Source of the DNA: Cytophagaceae bacterium
GTDB lineage: Bacteria; Bacteroidota; Bacteroidia; Cytophagales; Cytophagaceae
Assembly: GCA_021151805.1 (NCBI GenBank)
Contig: JAGKWN010000001.1
Location: 10,746-74,745, forward strand
Direction: 5' to 3'
Length of the DNA stretch: 64,000 bases
Position numbers and translations under genes: made by a program. Under the pieces are notes generated by a model that did not search any database, was not told where the DNA came from, and was given only the letters and a program-made list of their open reading frames with translations. Within the stretch, counting starts at the first letter, position 1. The number at the start of each line of letters is the position of its first letter. Positions 41,867 through 53,752 of this stretch are shown in pieces.

Positions 41867-42244
41867 ATGGCAAGGATTTCTGGTGTTGATATTCCCGATA
41901 ACAAAAGAGGTGAAGTTTCATTGACTTACATCTACGGTATTGGTCGTAATTCAGCTCAAAGTATTTTGACGAAAGCTGGTGTAAACTGGGATAAGAAGGT
42001 TAGTGAATGGAATGATGATGAAGCGAATGCAGTTCGTGCGATCATTGCTTCTGAACACAAAACTGAAGGTGCTCTTAAGTCTGAAGTACAATTAAGTATT
42101 AAGCGTTTGATGGATATCGGCTGTTACAGAGGTCTTCGTCACAGAAAAGGATTACCTGTACGTGGTCAGCGTACAAAAAACAACTGTCGTACTCGTAAGG
42201 GTAAGCGTAAAACAGTTGCAAACAAAAAGAAGGCAACTAAGTAG
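41867..42244 (+). CDS. rpsM: 30S ribosomal protein S13
   Basis: 125 aa. [10 protein letters not shown] start. Confidence 0.97.
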   Translation: MARISGVDIPDNKRGEVSLTYIYGIGRNSAQSILTKAGVNWDKKVSEWNDDEANAVRAIIASEHKTEGALKSEVQLSIKRLMDIGCYRGLRHRKGLPVRGQRTKNNCRTRKGKRKTVANKKKATK

Positions 42245-42275
42245 TAATTACTGAAACTGAAATTTAATTCAGAAT

Positions 42276-42683
42276 ATGGCTCAACAATCAACTGCCGCGA
42301 AAAGAAAAGATAAGGCTAAAAAAAGAATCGTAGTGATCGAACCAACAGGTCAGGTTCACATCAGGGCTTCTTTTAACAACATTATCATTTCTGTTACTAA
42401 CAGTACAGGTCAAGTAATATCTTGGGCTTCTGCTGGTAAAATGGGATTCCGCGGATCTAAAAAGAATACTCCTTACGCTGCTCAGGTTGCAGCGCAAAAC
42501 TGTGCTCAGGTTGCCTTTGAAGGTGGCATGAGAAAGTGTGAAGTTTTTGTAAAAGGACCAGGCTCAGGTAGAGAGTCTGCAATTCGCACCATCCAAAATG
42601 CTGGTATCGAAGTGTTAACAATCAAAGATGTTACACCAATGCCACATAACGGATGCAGACCTCCTAAAAAGAGAAGAGTCTAA
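42276..42683 (+). CDS. rpsK: 30S ribosomal protein S11
   Basis: 135 aa. [18 protein letters not shown]-terminus. Confidence 0.97.
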
Positions 42684-42716
42684 TTATTTTAATTGAACAT
42701 TAATAGTTAATAAGAA

Positions 42717-43322
42717 ATGGCACGTTATACTGGCCCTAGAACTAGAATCTCGAGAAGATTTGGTGAGCCTGTAATGGGAGATAGCAAAGCGCTTCAAAAG
42801 AAGAACTATGCACCCGGAATGCACGGTAGAAATAAAAAAAGAAAACAATCTGAATATTCTATTCAGTTGAAAGAAAAGCAAAAAGCTAAATACACTTACG
42901 GTGTATTGGAAAGACAATTTGCTAAAACTTTTGACACTGCAGCAAGAAAGCAAGGTATCACTGGTGAAAACCTTTTGAAAATGCTTGAAGCTCGTTTAGA
43001 TAACACAGTTTACCGTTTAGGTATCGCTACATCTAGAAGAGCTGCTCGTCAACTTGTAATTCACAAACATATTGTTGTGAACGGTGATGTAGTTAACATT
43101 CCTTCATACCAATTAAAACCTGGCGATCAGCTAGGTGTTCGTGAGAAATCAAAATCACTTGAAGCAATTACAGATAGCCTTTCTACTCAATCAGCTAAGA
43201 AATTTACTTGGTTAGAGTGGGATCAAGCTAGCATGTTAGGTAAATTTGTAACTTACCCTCAACGTGAAGAAATTCCTGAAAACATCCAGGAACAACTGAT
43301 TGTCGAGTTGTACTCTAAATAA
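42717..43322 (+). CDS. rpsD: 30S ribosomal protein S4
   Basis: 201 aa. MARYTGP start and an S4 RNA-binding domain. Confidence 0.97.
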   Translation: MARYTGPRTRISRRFGEPVMGDSKALQKKNYAPGMHGRNKKRKQSEYSIQLKEKQKAKYTYGVLERQFAKTFDTAARKQGITGENLLKMLEARLDNTVYRLGIATSRRAARQLVIHKHIVVNGDVVNIPSYQLKPGDQLGVREKSKSLEAITDSLSTQSAKKFTWLEWDQASMLGKFVTYPQREEIPENIQEQLIVELYSK

Positions 43323-43350
43323 TAAATAAACATAATCTAACTATATATTT

Positions 43351-44340
43351 ATGTCTATTCTTTCTTTTCAAATGCCAGAAAAAGTGGTTATGGAAAAAGC
43401 AGACGATTTCCATGGTCTGTTTGAATTCAAACCTCTTGAAAAAGGATATGGTGTAACTATCGGTAATGCTTTAAGAAGAATTTTATTATCTTCTCTTGAA
43501 GGTTATGCGATCACTGGAATTAAAGTTCCTGGTGTGTTACATGAGTTCTCTACAATTCCTGGCGTAAGGGAAGATGTAACTGAGATTATCCTGAACCTTA
43601 AACAAGTTCGTTTCAAAAAGATTTCTGACGTGAACGAAAATAAAATCGTTGTTAGCATCAAGAAACAAGCTTCTTTCAAGGCTGGTGATATTGCTAAGTT
43701 TACTTCTGCTTATCAAATCTTAAACCCGGAATTATTGATCTGCAACGTAGATTCTAATTCTAACTTTGATATCGAGTTAACACTTGAAAAAGGTCGTGGT
43801 TATTTGCCAGCAGAAGAAAATAAACCAGCAGAACAAATCTTTGGTTATATTCCAATCGATGCAATTTTTACACCAATCAAAAATGTAAAATACAGCGTTG
43901 AGAATACAAGGGTAGAACAAAGAACGGATTACGAAAAACTAATTCTTGAAATATTAACTGACGGATCTATCCATCCTGAAGATGCATTGAAAGGTGCTGC
44001 TAATATTTTAATTAAACACTTCATGCTATTCTCAGATCAAACAATGACGTTTGAAGCTGTTAAAGCTGAAGAAGAAGAGACTGTAGATGAAGAATTCTTG
44101 CACATGAGAAAACTTCTGAAAACTTCTCTGGCTGATCTAGACTTGTCTGTACGTGCTTACAACTGTTTAAAGGCTGCAGATATCAAAACATTGGGAGAGC
44201 TTGCTACTCTTGATATTTCTGATATGATGAAGTTCCGTAACTTTGGTAAGAAGTCTCTTAACGAGTTAGAACAGTTAATAATTGATAAAAACTTATCCTT
44301 TGGAATGGATACGGCTAAGTACAAACTTGACGAGGATTAA
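43351..44340 (+). CDS. rpoA: DNA-directed RNA polymerase subunit alpha
   Basis: 329 aa. C-terminal domain motif [12 protein letters not shown]. Confidence 0.97.
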   Translation: MSILSFQMPEKVVMEKADDFHGLFEFKPLEKGYGVTIGNALRRILLSSLEGYAITGIKVPGVLHEFSTIPGVREDVTEIILNLKQVRFKKISDVNENKIVVSIKKQASFKAGDIAKFTSAYQILNPELLICNVDSNSNFDIELTLEKGRGYLPAEENKPAEQIFGYIPIDAIFTPIKNVKYSVENTRVEQRTDYEKLILEILTDGSIHPEDALKGAANILIKHFMLFSDQTMTFEAVKAEEEETVDEEFLHMRKLLKTSLADLDLSVRAYNCLKAADIKTLGELATLDISDMMKFRNFGKKSLNELEQLIIDKNLSFGMDTAKYKLDED

Positions 44341-44345
44341 TCGCA

Positions 44346-44813
44346 ATGAGACACGGTAAAAAAGACAATCACCTAGGTAGAACAGTAACTCACAGAAGAG
44401 CTTTATTATCAAACATGGCTTCTTCTCTGATTCTTCATAAAAGAATTTCTACTACAGTTCCTAAGGCTAAGGAATTAAGAAAATATGTTGAGCCATTGAT
44501 TACTAAGGCGAAAGCAGATTCTACGCACAGTAGAAGAACGGTTTTCTCTTATCTTCAGAATAAGGATTCAGTAAAAGAACTATTTGATAATGTTGTTGAC
44601 AAAATCGCAGCAAGACCAGGTGGATACACTAGAATCTTAAAAACAGGTGCTCGTATTGGCGATAATGCTGATATGTGTATCATTGAATTAGTTGATTACA
44701 ATGAAACTTACGTAAAAGAATCTGAAGTCAAAGTTGCTAAGAGAACTCGTCGTTCTTCAGCTGCTAAAAAAGATGATTCTTCAGAATCAACAGGTACTGA
44801 ACCACAAGCATAA
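44346..44813 (+). CDS. rplQ: 50S ribosomal protein L17
   Basis: 155 aa. [12 protein letters not shown] start. Confidence 0.96.
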   Translation: MRHGKKDNHLGRTVTHRRALLSNMASSLILHKRISTTVPKAKELRKYVEPLITKAKADSTHSRRTVFSYLQNKDSVKELFDNVVDKIAARPGGYTRILKTGARIGDNADMCIIELVDYNETYVKESEVKVAKRTRRSSAAKKDDSSESTGTEPQA

Positions 44814-44852
44814 TGCTAACACAGCACAAATGTTTAATAATATCTTAAATAA

Positions 44853-44888
44853 AAAAGGATTTGACTTTTGTTGAATCCTTTTTTATTT
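44853..44888 (+). terminator. rho-independent terminator after rplQ
   Basis: aaggatt / aatcctt stem followed by a tttttatttt run. Confidence 0.65.
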
Positions 44889-44911
44889 TGTCTAAATTCA
44901 ACTCATAAAGA

Positions 44912-46012
44912 ATGAAACTCCACGAACAAAAAGAAGCATACTTAATGCTTGAAGATGGTACCTGGTACAAAGGAATTGCAGTTGGTAAAATCGGGACTAC
45001 TTCAGGGGAGATTTGTTTTAATACAGGGATGACCGGGTATCAGGAAATCTATACCGACCCTTCGTATTATGGTCAAATCATTGTAAATACAACCAGTCAT
45101 ATTGGTAATTATGGTGTTAAAGAAGATGAGCAGGAATCCAATGGAGTTAAATTCAGCGGATTGGTTTGCAGAAACTTCTCCGAAATGTTTTCAAGAAAGG
45201 ATGCAGACGGTTCATTGCAAGCATACTTTGAGAAAAACAATATTGTAGGAATCAGTGACATTGATACACGCGAATTGGTAAGACATATCCGTAAAGCTGG
45301 TAAAACAATGAATGCTGTGATCTCTTCTGAGATCCTGGATGTTGAGAAACTTAAGCAGGAAGTAAAGAATGTACCTTCAATGAAAGGGCTTGAGCTTTCC
45401 AGCAAAGTATCTACAAAAGAAAGTTATTTTTTAGGCAATCCGGATGCTAAATATAAAGTAGCAGTATTGGATTTAGGAGTTAAAACGAATATCCTTAGAA
45501 ACCTTACTGAAAGAAATTGTTACCTGAAAGTTTTCCCTGCGAAAACTACATATGCTGAAATGCAGCAGTGGGCTCCGAATGGATACTTCATCTCTAACGG
45601 TCCTGGAGATCCTGCAGTAACAAGCTATGCGATTGATACAGTAAAAAATATCCTGTCTGATAATAAACCAATGTTTGGTATTTGCTTAGGTCACCAGATT
45701 CTGGCTGAAGCAAACGGAATTCCAACTTATAAAATGCCAAATGGCCATAGAGGTTTGAATCATCCGGTAAAAAACTTAATTTCGGGCTTGTCAGAAATTA
45801 CTTCACAAAACCATGGTTTTGCTGTGGATGCGAATGCGGTACCTAAAGACAGCAATGTGGAGATTACACACATTAATCTTAACGATAACACAGTAGAAGG
45901 CATCCGTCTGAAAGACAAAAATGCATTCTCTGTTCAGTATCACCCGGAGTCTTCTCCAGGGCCACATGATTCCAGATACTTATTCGACCAATTTGTATCA
46001 AACTTAAACTAG
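44912..46012 (+). CDS. carA: carbamoyl-phosphate synthase small (glutamine amidotransferase) subunit
   Basis: 366 aa. Class I GATase catalytic GICLGHQ and the HPE triad near the C-terminus. Confidence 0.93.
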   Translation: MKLHEQKEAYLMLEDGTWYKGIAVGKIGTTSGEICFNTGMTGYQEIYTDPSYYGQIIVNTTSHIGNYGVKEDEQESNGVKFSGLVCRNFSEMFSRKDADGSLQAYFEKNNIVGISDIDTRELVRHIRKAGKTMNAVISSEILDVEKLKQEVKNVPSMKGLELSSKVSTKESYFLGNPDAKYKVAVLDLGVKTNILRNLTERNCYLKVFPAKTTYAEMQQWAPNGYFISNGPGDPAVTSYAIDTVKNILSDNKPMFGICLGHQILAEANGIPTYKMPNGHRGLNHPVKNLISGLSEITSQNHGFAVDANAVPKDSNVEITHINLNDNTVEGIRLKDKNAFSVQYHPESSPGPHDSRYLFDQFVSNLN

Positions 46013-46030
46013 TATATTAAATTAATTTAA

Positions 46031-47326
<1,296 letters not shown>

Positions 47327-47333
47327 TATAACT

Positions 47334-47366
47334 AAAGGTCCCGCTATTAGCGGGACCTTTTTTTTT
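47334..47366 (+). terminator. rho-independent terminator after eno
   Basis: aaaggtcccgc-tatta-gcgggaccttt is an 11-bp stem, followed by a T run. Confidence 0.85.
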
Positions 47367-47378
47367 GTAAATTGCAGT

Positions 47379-47687
47379 ATGAAAATACTTGAATGGACAA
47401 AAACACTTCCTCCCATCTTTAGGAATTTTTTCTTCCTATTCTCTATGGCATTTATTATTTGGATGATTTTTTTTGATTCAAATGATTTGATAAGCCAATA
47501 CAAAATGAACAGTCAGTACAATGCTCAGTTAAATGAAAAGGAATATTATGAGCAGAAAATACTTGAAGTAAAAGCCGAACAGGAAGCTTTACTGAAAGAT
47601 AAAGTAAAGCTTGAAAAATTTGCCCGTGAGCATTACTTAATGAAAAAGCCAACAGAGGATATATACATTCTTGTTGAAGAAGAATAG
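47379..47687 (+). CDS. FtsB/DivIC-type septum formation initiator
   Basis: 102 aa from ATG 47379. One TM segment (FFFLFSMAFIIWMIFF), then a coiled coil and EKFAREHYLMKKPTEDIYIL. The track ORF start at 47271 overlaps eno and its terminator. Confidence 0.75.
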   Translation: MKILEWTKTLPPIFRNFFFLFSMAFIIWMIFFDSNDLISQYKMNSQYNAQLNEKEYYEQKILEVKAEQEALLKDKVKLEKFAREHYLMKKPTEDIYILVEEE

Positions 47688-47754
47688 TCGCCGTTAATTT
47701 CTCACCTTACTATCTTAATGCCTGAGGGCATTTGTACAACCATCATTAGTTGAC

Positions 47755-50034
47755 ATGAATAAATATACTCGATACGTTATCATTATCTGGACACTCTTTA
47801 TAGGAGGCTTGTACACGCTTTTCCTATGGACTGTATTGATTCGTTTTAATTACCTGGGTGCATTTGGTGATATGCCTGATCTGGTTAAGCTAGAGAACCC
47901 TAAAAACGAATTGGCTTCAGAAGTGTATTCATCAGATGGAGTATTGTTAGGTAAATATTTCCGCGAAAACCGTAGCCCTGTTTCGTATTCAGAAATTTCT
48001 CCGAATGTAATCAATGCATTGGTTACAACAGAAGACATCCGTTTCAGAGATCATGCAGGAATAGATTTGAAAGGTATGTTTGCCATATTCTATTATATGG
48101 CGAAAGGAGATCAGCGTGGTTCAAGTACGATTACTCAGCAGCTTGCTAAAAACTTATTCAAGACACGTGGTGTGCAGAAGAAAGGGGTATTGGGTTATCT
48201 GCCGGGCTTCAATATTGTTATAGCGAAAGTGAAAGAATGGGAGCTGGCTATTTCATTGGAGAAGATGTATACGAAAAATGAAATCCTTGCTTTGTATTTA
48301 AACACCGTTGATTTCGGAAGTAATTCATTCGGAATTAAAGTTGCGGCAAAAACATTTTTTCAAACCAGCCAGGATAGTTTATCTATTCCACAGGCAGCCA
48401 TGCTCGTGGGTTTGCTGAAAGCGCCAACTTCTTATAGTCCGATTTTAAATCCTGAAAATTGTTTAAACAGAAGAAACACCGTTCTTGAATTATTATTCGA
48501 AAATAAATTCATTACACAAATTCAACTGAATACGTTAAAAAGGCAACCGATTGGATTGAACTACGAAGTGGAAAATCATGCAGACGGATCGGCAACGTAT
48601 TTCAGAACGATGCTAAGTAAGTATTTACAGGAATGGTGTAAAGAGAACAACAAAGATCTTTATGGCGATGGATTGAAGATCTATACAACGATTGATTCGC
48701 GGATGCAGAATCATGCGGAAGCAGCGGTTGCTGAACATATGAAAGTGCTACAACGCAGATTTAATAAGCATTGGGAAGGCGAGAAACCATGGCGCTACCA
48801 GAACAAAACGGAGATCCCGAATTTTATTGAAGATGCTGCTAAAAAAACAGAACGTTATAAAGCATTAGAAGCAAAATACGGCAAAGGGAACGACTCGATC
48901 ATGGTTGAGTTCAAAAAGCCAGTAAAGATGACTGTATTCAGCTGGGATGGAGATATTGATACGTTGATGAGTCCGTATGATTCGATCGCTTATTACAAAC
49001 ATTTTCTGCATACAGGTTTTATGACGATGGATCCGTATAGCGGACATATCAAAACCTGGGTAGGAGGTATCAATTACAAACATTTCCAGTATGATCACGT
49101 GCAGCAGAGTAAGCGTCAGCCAGGATCGTCGTTCAAGCCATTTGTATATGCTACTGCTATTTCTCAGGGAATATCACCGTGTACGCTGGTGCCTGATCTT
49201 CCTATTACATTCGAATATGACGAAGATGGCAAGCATATTATATGGACACCACGCAATGCAGATTGGGTATACTCAGGCGACTCGTTGAATCTTCGCCAGG
49301 GGATGGCGCGTTCGATCAATACAATTGCTGCCCGTGTAACAAAAATGGTGGGTACAGAAAAAGTCATTGAGATGGCTCATAAGTTGGGTATTGAAAGCGA
49401 ACTACGCCCTGTACCGTCTGTGTGTCTGGGATCAAGTGATGTGAATGTGTTTGAAATGGTAGGTGCATACAGTACGTTCCTGAATAAAGGTGTATGGACC
49501 GAACCTATTTTTGTAGAGCGTATTGAAGACAATAGCGGCAATATTATTTATGAGGCTGTACCAAAGCGTAAAGATGCGGTGAGTGAAGAAGTAGCAGCTG
49601 TGATGGTACATATGCTTAAAGGCGGAACAGAAGAGCGTGGTGGTACTTCGCAGGCACTATTTCAGTATGATCTTTTCAGAGGTAATGAAATGGGTGGTAA
49701 AACAGGTACGTCTTCAAATTATTCGGATGGCTGGTTTATGGGCGTATCAACAAGGCTTGTAGGAGGCGTATGGGTAGGTGGCGAAGATAGAAGTATACAT
49801 TTCAGAACTTCTGCAACGGGAGAGGGTTCAAAAACTGCGTTACCTATTTTCGGATTATTTATGGAAAAGGTTTATGCAGATACTACATTGGATATAAAAA
49901 TGGGCAGGTTTAAAATGCCTTCCAAGTTGAGTATTAATATTAATTGTCCGCGTAGGCCAGAGCGTGAAGTGGTAGACAGCCTTGCAATCATGGAAGAAGA
50001 AGACCAGTTGCCGGATGAAGAGATTGTGGAATGA
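47755..50034 (+). CDS. class A penicillin-binding protein (PBP1A-type transglycosylase/transpeptidase)
   Basis: 759 aa. GT51 motifs EDIRFRDHAGID and GSSTITQQ. Transpeptidase motifs SSFKP (SxxK) and KTGTS. Confidence 0.93.
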   Translation: MNKYTRYVIIIWTLFIGGLYTLFLWTVLIRFNYLGAFGDMPDLVKLENPKNELASEVYSSDGVLLGKYFRENRSPVSYSEISPNVINALVTTEDIRFRDHAGIDLKGMFAIFYYMAKGDQRGSSTITQQLAKNLFKTRGVQKKGVLGYLPGFNIVIAKVKEWELAISLEKMYTKNEILALYLNTVDFGSNSFGIKVAAKTFFQTSQDSLSIPQAAMLVGLLKAPTSYSPILNPENCLNRRNTVLELLFENKFITQIQLNTLKRQPIGLNYEVENHADGSATYFRTMLSKYLQEWCKENNKDLYGDGLKIYTTIDSRMQNHAEAAVAEHMKVLQRRFNKHWEGEKPWRYQNKTEIPNFIEDAAKKTERYKALEAKYGKGNDSIMVEFKKPVKMTVFSWDGDIDTLMSPYDSIAYYKHFLHTGFMTMDPYSGHIKTWVGGINYKHFQYDHVQQSKRQPGSSFKPFVYATAISQGISPCTLVPDLPITFEYDEDGKHIIWTPRNADWVYSGDSLNLRQGMARSINTIAARVTKMVGTEKVIEMAHKLGIESELRPVPSVCLGSSDVNVFEMVGAYSTFLNKGVWTEPIFVERIEDNSGNIIYEAVPKRKDAVSEEVAAVMVHMLKGGTEERGGTSQALFQYDLFRGNEMGGKTGTSSNYSDGWFMGVSTRLVGGVWVGGEDRSIHFRTSATGEGSKTALPIFGLFMEKVYADTTLDIKMGRFKMPSKLSININCPRRPEREVVDSLAIMEEEDQLPDEEIVE

Positions 50035-50114
50035 CGATGTTTTAGGTTTTAAGTAATACGTTTTAAGATTTTATTCTTAAAACGAAGGGGGAATATTTTA
50101 TTAATATTTATTTT

Positions 50115-51353
50115 ATGAATTTTAAATCAGCTTTGGTAATAATTTTTATGGTATTGCATTTGACTCCGTCAAAAGCACAATCGATAAATAAAACGGTTAT
50201 CCGAAATACAGACTTTGCTTTTGAACTTTTTAAAGAAGCATTTAAAAAAGACACAAGTATTTGCCTTTCTCCTTATAGTATTTCATTTGCTTTATCAATG
50301 GCCTATGGTGGTGCTCGTAATGAAACGAAAACACAAATGAGCCAGGTACTTCACTTTGATGAGAATCTGGATAAATCGAACGAAGCATTCTCAGAAATTC
50401 AAAGGCAATTGAATTTATTTAAAGGTGATACATCCATTCGGCTTGCAATGGCAAATGCAATCTGGAAAAGAGATGAAGAAAAAGTATACCAGAAATATAT
50501 TGATATGCTTAACAAATATTATGGGGCGCCGTTGTATCCAATCACAACTTCTAAAGCTGTAAATGATTGGGTTAAATCAAAAACTAACAATAAAATTGAT
50601 AATGTTATTTCTGACGAAACATTAAAAAAAGCTAATGTAATATTGACCAACGCTATTTATTTTAAAGGTAATTGGCTGCATGAATTTGATGAGAAGAATA
50701 CAAGGAAGGATACATTTTCTGTTAATAGAAATAAAAAAAATATTGTAAACATGATGTATCAAAGAAATAGTTTTAACTATTATCAGGATGAATACAGTCA
50801 GGTTTTGGAAATGCCTTATAAAGGCGATGGGCTTTCAATGGTTATTGTGTTGCCTAAGCCAACATACTCGCTTTCTGAATTGGTAGCAAACATAGATGCG
50901 CAAACATTTGGAAACTATAGATTGGGATTAGCAGAAAACAAGGTTGATGTCTACTTACCAAAATTTAATTTTACTTCTGAGTTTGAATTGTCAAATGAAT
51001 TAAAAGAAATGGGTTTAGTAGATCCATTTACTCCGGTGGCTGACTTTTCCGGAATTGCTCCTAAGGGATTGTATATCTCAAATATTATACACAAAACATT
51101 TATTGAAGTTAATGAAAAAGGGAGCGAAGCTGCAGCTGTTACAGCAGTAGTGATAACTAAAAGCGCACAGCCGCAAGTAATTCAATTTAATGCCAACAGA
51201 CCTTTTTTATTTTTTATTACGGATAAGCAAACAGAGACCATTTTATTTATGGGTAGTGTTGTGAACCCGGTAGAAGTAAATGGTAAAGATGCTAAAGTCT
51301 ATACTGGCCCACGAAGTAATGGAGGCACAGCACCTCCGTCTGTTGGACCTTAA
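50115..51353 (+). CDS. secreted serpin family protease inhibitor
   Basis: 412 aa. Signal peptide MNFKSALVIIFMVLHLTPSKAQS. Inhibitory-type hinge EKGSEAAAVTAVV and serpin signature FNANRPFLFFI. Confidence 0.88.
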   Translation: MNFKSALVIIFMVLHLTPSKAQSINKTVIRNTDFAFELFKEAFKKDTSICLSPYSISFALSMAYGGARNETKTQMSQVLHFDENLDKSNEAFSEIQRQLNLFKGDTSIRLAMANAIWKRDEEKVYQKYIDMLNKYYGAPLYPITTSKAVNDWVKSKTNNKIDNVISDETLKKANVILTNAIYFKGNWLHEFDEKNTRKDTFSVNRNKKNIVNMMYQRNSFNYYQDEYSQVLEMPYKGDGLSMVIVLPKPTYSLSELVANIDAQTFGNYRLGLAENKVDVYLPKFNFTSEFELSNELKEMGLVDPFTPVADFSGIAPKGLYISNIIHKTFIEVNEKGSEAAAVTAVVITKSAQPQVIQFNANRPFLFFITDKQTETILFMGSVVNPVEVNGKDAKVYTGPRSNGGTAPPSVGP

Positions 51354-51360
51354 ATAAGAT

Positions 51361-51400
51361 TTAACAATTGTTCGCTTTAATATAAACGAACAATTGTTAA
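51361..51400. terminator. bidirectional hairpin between convergent genes
   Basis: ttaacaattgttcg (51361-51374) and cgaacaattgttaa (51387-51400) form a perfect 14-bp stem. Confidence 0.65.
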
Positions 51401-51427
51401 AGCATCCTTAAAACATAGAACTTAAAA

Positions 51428-52438
51428 TCATCCCGCAAAATCATCAAACGCCCGATCTGCTACACGGATGATATGATTTCTGATAAATGAAGCACCTTCT
51501 CTCGCCCCGTCTTCAGGGTGTTTCAAACAACATTCCCACTCTAACACAGCCCAGCCCGGGAAATCATATTGCGCAAGCTTACTAAAGATGGACTTGAAGT
51601 TTACCTGCCCATCGCCTAAGGAGCGGAACCTGCCCGGCCTGTCGATCCAGTCCTGGTAACCGCCATATACACCGGAACGGCCGGATGGATTGAACTCTGC
51701 ATCTTTCACATGAAACATCTTTATATGCTGATGATAGATATCTATATAGTCCAGATAATTCAATTGCTGTAAAACAAAATGACTGGGATCATAGAGTATG
51801 TGCGCACGCGGATGATTATTGGTTGCTTTCAGAAAACGTTCAAATGTTATCCCATCATGCAGATCTTCTCCGGGATGAATTTCATAACAAAGATCTACCC
51901 CAGCATTGTCGAACGCATTGAGAATAGGCATCCAGCGTTTCGCTAATTCAGCAAAACCTTCTTCAACACTTCCTGCTTTGCGCTGTGGCCAGGGGTAAAC
52001 GGTGTGCCATAGCAGTGCACCGGAAAACGTTGCGTGTGCTGTTAATCCTAAGTTCTCTGAGGCTTTGGCGGCGAAAATTAACTGTTGTGTTGCCCACTCG
52101 GTACGGGCCTGTGGATTGTTATGTACTGCTGCCGGCGCAAACACATCAAAGGCTGAATCATATGCTGCATGCGAAGCCACAAGCTGACCTTGCAAGTGGC
52201 TGGTTAGTTCACTTATCTCCAGGCCAGCTGCGTTTACAATACCTTTGATTTCGTCACAGTATGTTTTGCTCTCTGCAGCTTTTTGTAAATCAATGCAGCG
52301 AGAATCCCAGCTGGGAATCTGTACGCCTTTATAACCGAGGCTTGCAGCCCAATCACAAATATTTTTTAAGTTATTGAACGGCGCTTGATCACCCATGAAT
52401 TGAGCGAGGAATATCGCAGGACCTTTAATTGTTTTCAT
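51428..52438 (-). CDS. sugar phosphate isomerase/epimerase (xylose isomerase-like TIM barrel) family protein
   Basis: 336 aa. Composition and layout are typical of this family, and it is paired with a Gfo/Idh/MocA oxidoreductase. Confidence 0.7.
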   Translation of the reverse strand: MKTIKGPAIFLAQFMGDQAPFNNLKNICDWAASLGYKGVQIPSWDSRCIDLQKAAESKTYCDEIKGIVNAAGLEISELTSHLQGQLVASHAAYDSAFDVFAPAAVHNNPQARTEWATQQLIFAAKASENLGLTAHATFSGALLWHTVYPWPQRKAGSVEEGFAELAKRWMPILNAFDNAGVDLCYEIHPGEDLHDGITFERFLKATNNHPRAHILYDPSHFVLQQLNYLDYIDIYHQHIKMFHVKDAEFNPSGRSGVYGGYQDWIDRPGRFRSLGDGQVNFKSIFSKLAQYDFPGWAVLEWECCLKHPEDGAREGASFIRNHIIRVADRAFDDFAG

Positions 52439-52468
52439 TTAATTACGTTGAATGTTTTGTAATGGAAT

Positions 52469-53623
52469 TTATATTGATAACCATTTACTGTTTTGTTTTC
52501 CGGAAGCGATTGCTGTTTCGATAAACTTCATGCCGCTTACCCCATCGGCAATGGAAGGGAAGTCAAGCATCGGATCCGGAGTATCTTTACGTTCAGCTTT
52601 ATGAATGGCTGCAGCAAAGTTTCTGTAGATATTTGCCATGGATTCCAGATAACCTTCGGGATGCCCTCCTGGCACGCGGCAATGCGCAAGCGTCTGTTCA
52701 GACAAATAGGAATGATTACTTCCTGCCTGAAGAATTTGTTCCGGCTGATCATTTTGTTTCAGACGAAGAAAATTCGGATTCGATTGCAGCCATTCCAGAC
52801 CGGCATTCTCGCCATAGATACGGATCTTCAATTCGTTTGCTTCGCCTTGTGCTACTTGTGTTGCAATGAGTACTCCTTTTACACCATGGTTAAATCTCAG
52901 GAGTATATTTGCATCATCGTCCAACGGTCTGCCGTCGACAAATGTGGAAATGTCGGCGCTTATTTCCTGAATGGTCAGTCCGGTAACATATTCAGCCAGA
53001 TGCGCTGCGTGTGTGCCAATGTCGCCAACGCAGCAACTGATCCCCGCTTGCGACGGATTGGTTCGCCAGCTTGCCTGTTTTTGTCCGCCGTTTTCAATCG
53101 GATCTGCCAACCAACCCTGCGGATATTCTACAATTACTTTCCGGAGTTTCCCTAATCTGCCGGATTGTATGAGCTGCTTTGCTTCCTTAACCATCGGGTA
53201 CCCCGTATAGTTATGTGTTACGCCGAAGAGTAATCCGGTTTCTTTTGCTTGCCTTTCAAGGTCGTTTGCTTCAGTAAGAGACAGCGCCAATGGTTTTTCA
53301 CAGAGTACGTGAAAGCCTTGTTCTAAGGCCAAAGAAGCAGGCCGCGCATGTAAAAAATTAGGAGTTACGATGGATACAAACTGCATGCGTTTTTCAGCCG
53401 GAAGTAACGCTTCTTGCAGAATCATTTCTTCATAAGAAGCATAGATTCTTTCGGAAGGCAATGACAGTGAACTACCGGTTTCAATGGATTTTTCCGGATT
53501 GCTGCTGAAGGCACCACAAACCAATTCAATTGTACCATCGAGTGCAGCAGCCATTCTGTGCACACTACCAATAAAGCCATCGAGGCTGCCCCCGATCATA
53601 CCCATTCTAATCTTTGTATTCAT
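52469..53623 (-). CDS. Gfo/Idh/MocA family oxidoreductase
   Basis: 384 aa. N-terminal Rossmann region IRMGMIGGS...G and the EKP motif (LCEKPLA). Confidence 0.85.
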   Translation of the reverse strand: MNTKIRMGMIGGSLDGFIGSVHRMAAALDGTIELVCGAFSSNPEKSIETGSSLSLPSERIYASYEEMILQEALLPAEKRMQFVSIVTPNFLHARPASLALEQGFHVLCEKPLALSLTEANDLERQAKETGLLFGVTHNYTGYPMVKEAKQLIQSGRLGKLRKVIVEYPQGWLADPIENGGQKQASWRTNPSQAGISCCVGDIGTHAAHLAEYVTGLTIQEISADISTFVDGRPLDDDANILLRFNHGVKGVLIATQVAQGEANELKIRIYGENAGLEWLQSNPNFLRLKQNDQPEQILQAGSNHSYLSEQTLAHCRVPGGHPEGYLESMANIYRNFAAAIHKAERKDTPDPMLDFPSIADGVSGMKFIETAIASGKQNSKWLSI

Positions 53624-53752
53624 TTTAGTAACGCTTAGCAGTATGTAAAATAGTAAAAAATCTATTAATCTGGATTAAAATAAGAAAAGCGGAGCAGTAC
53701 TTTGAACTCTCAAAATAAAATTGAAACTTGGTTTAACAAAAAACGCTCGGAT

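Noticed and set aside
50059-50086. Hairpin acgttttaag/cttaaaacg after the PBP1A gene, considered as a terminator.
   Set aside because: The stem is A/T-rich and is followed by aaggggg rather than a T-run. This is too weak to list as a feature.
52493-53155. 220-aa plus-strand ORF, plus several 70-80-aa ORFs, inside the Gfo/Idh/MocA gene.
   Set aside because: They are antisense shadows of a well-supported 384-aa oxidoreductase, with no motifs of their own.
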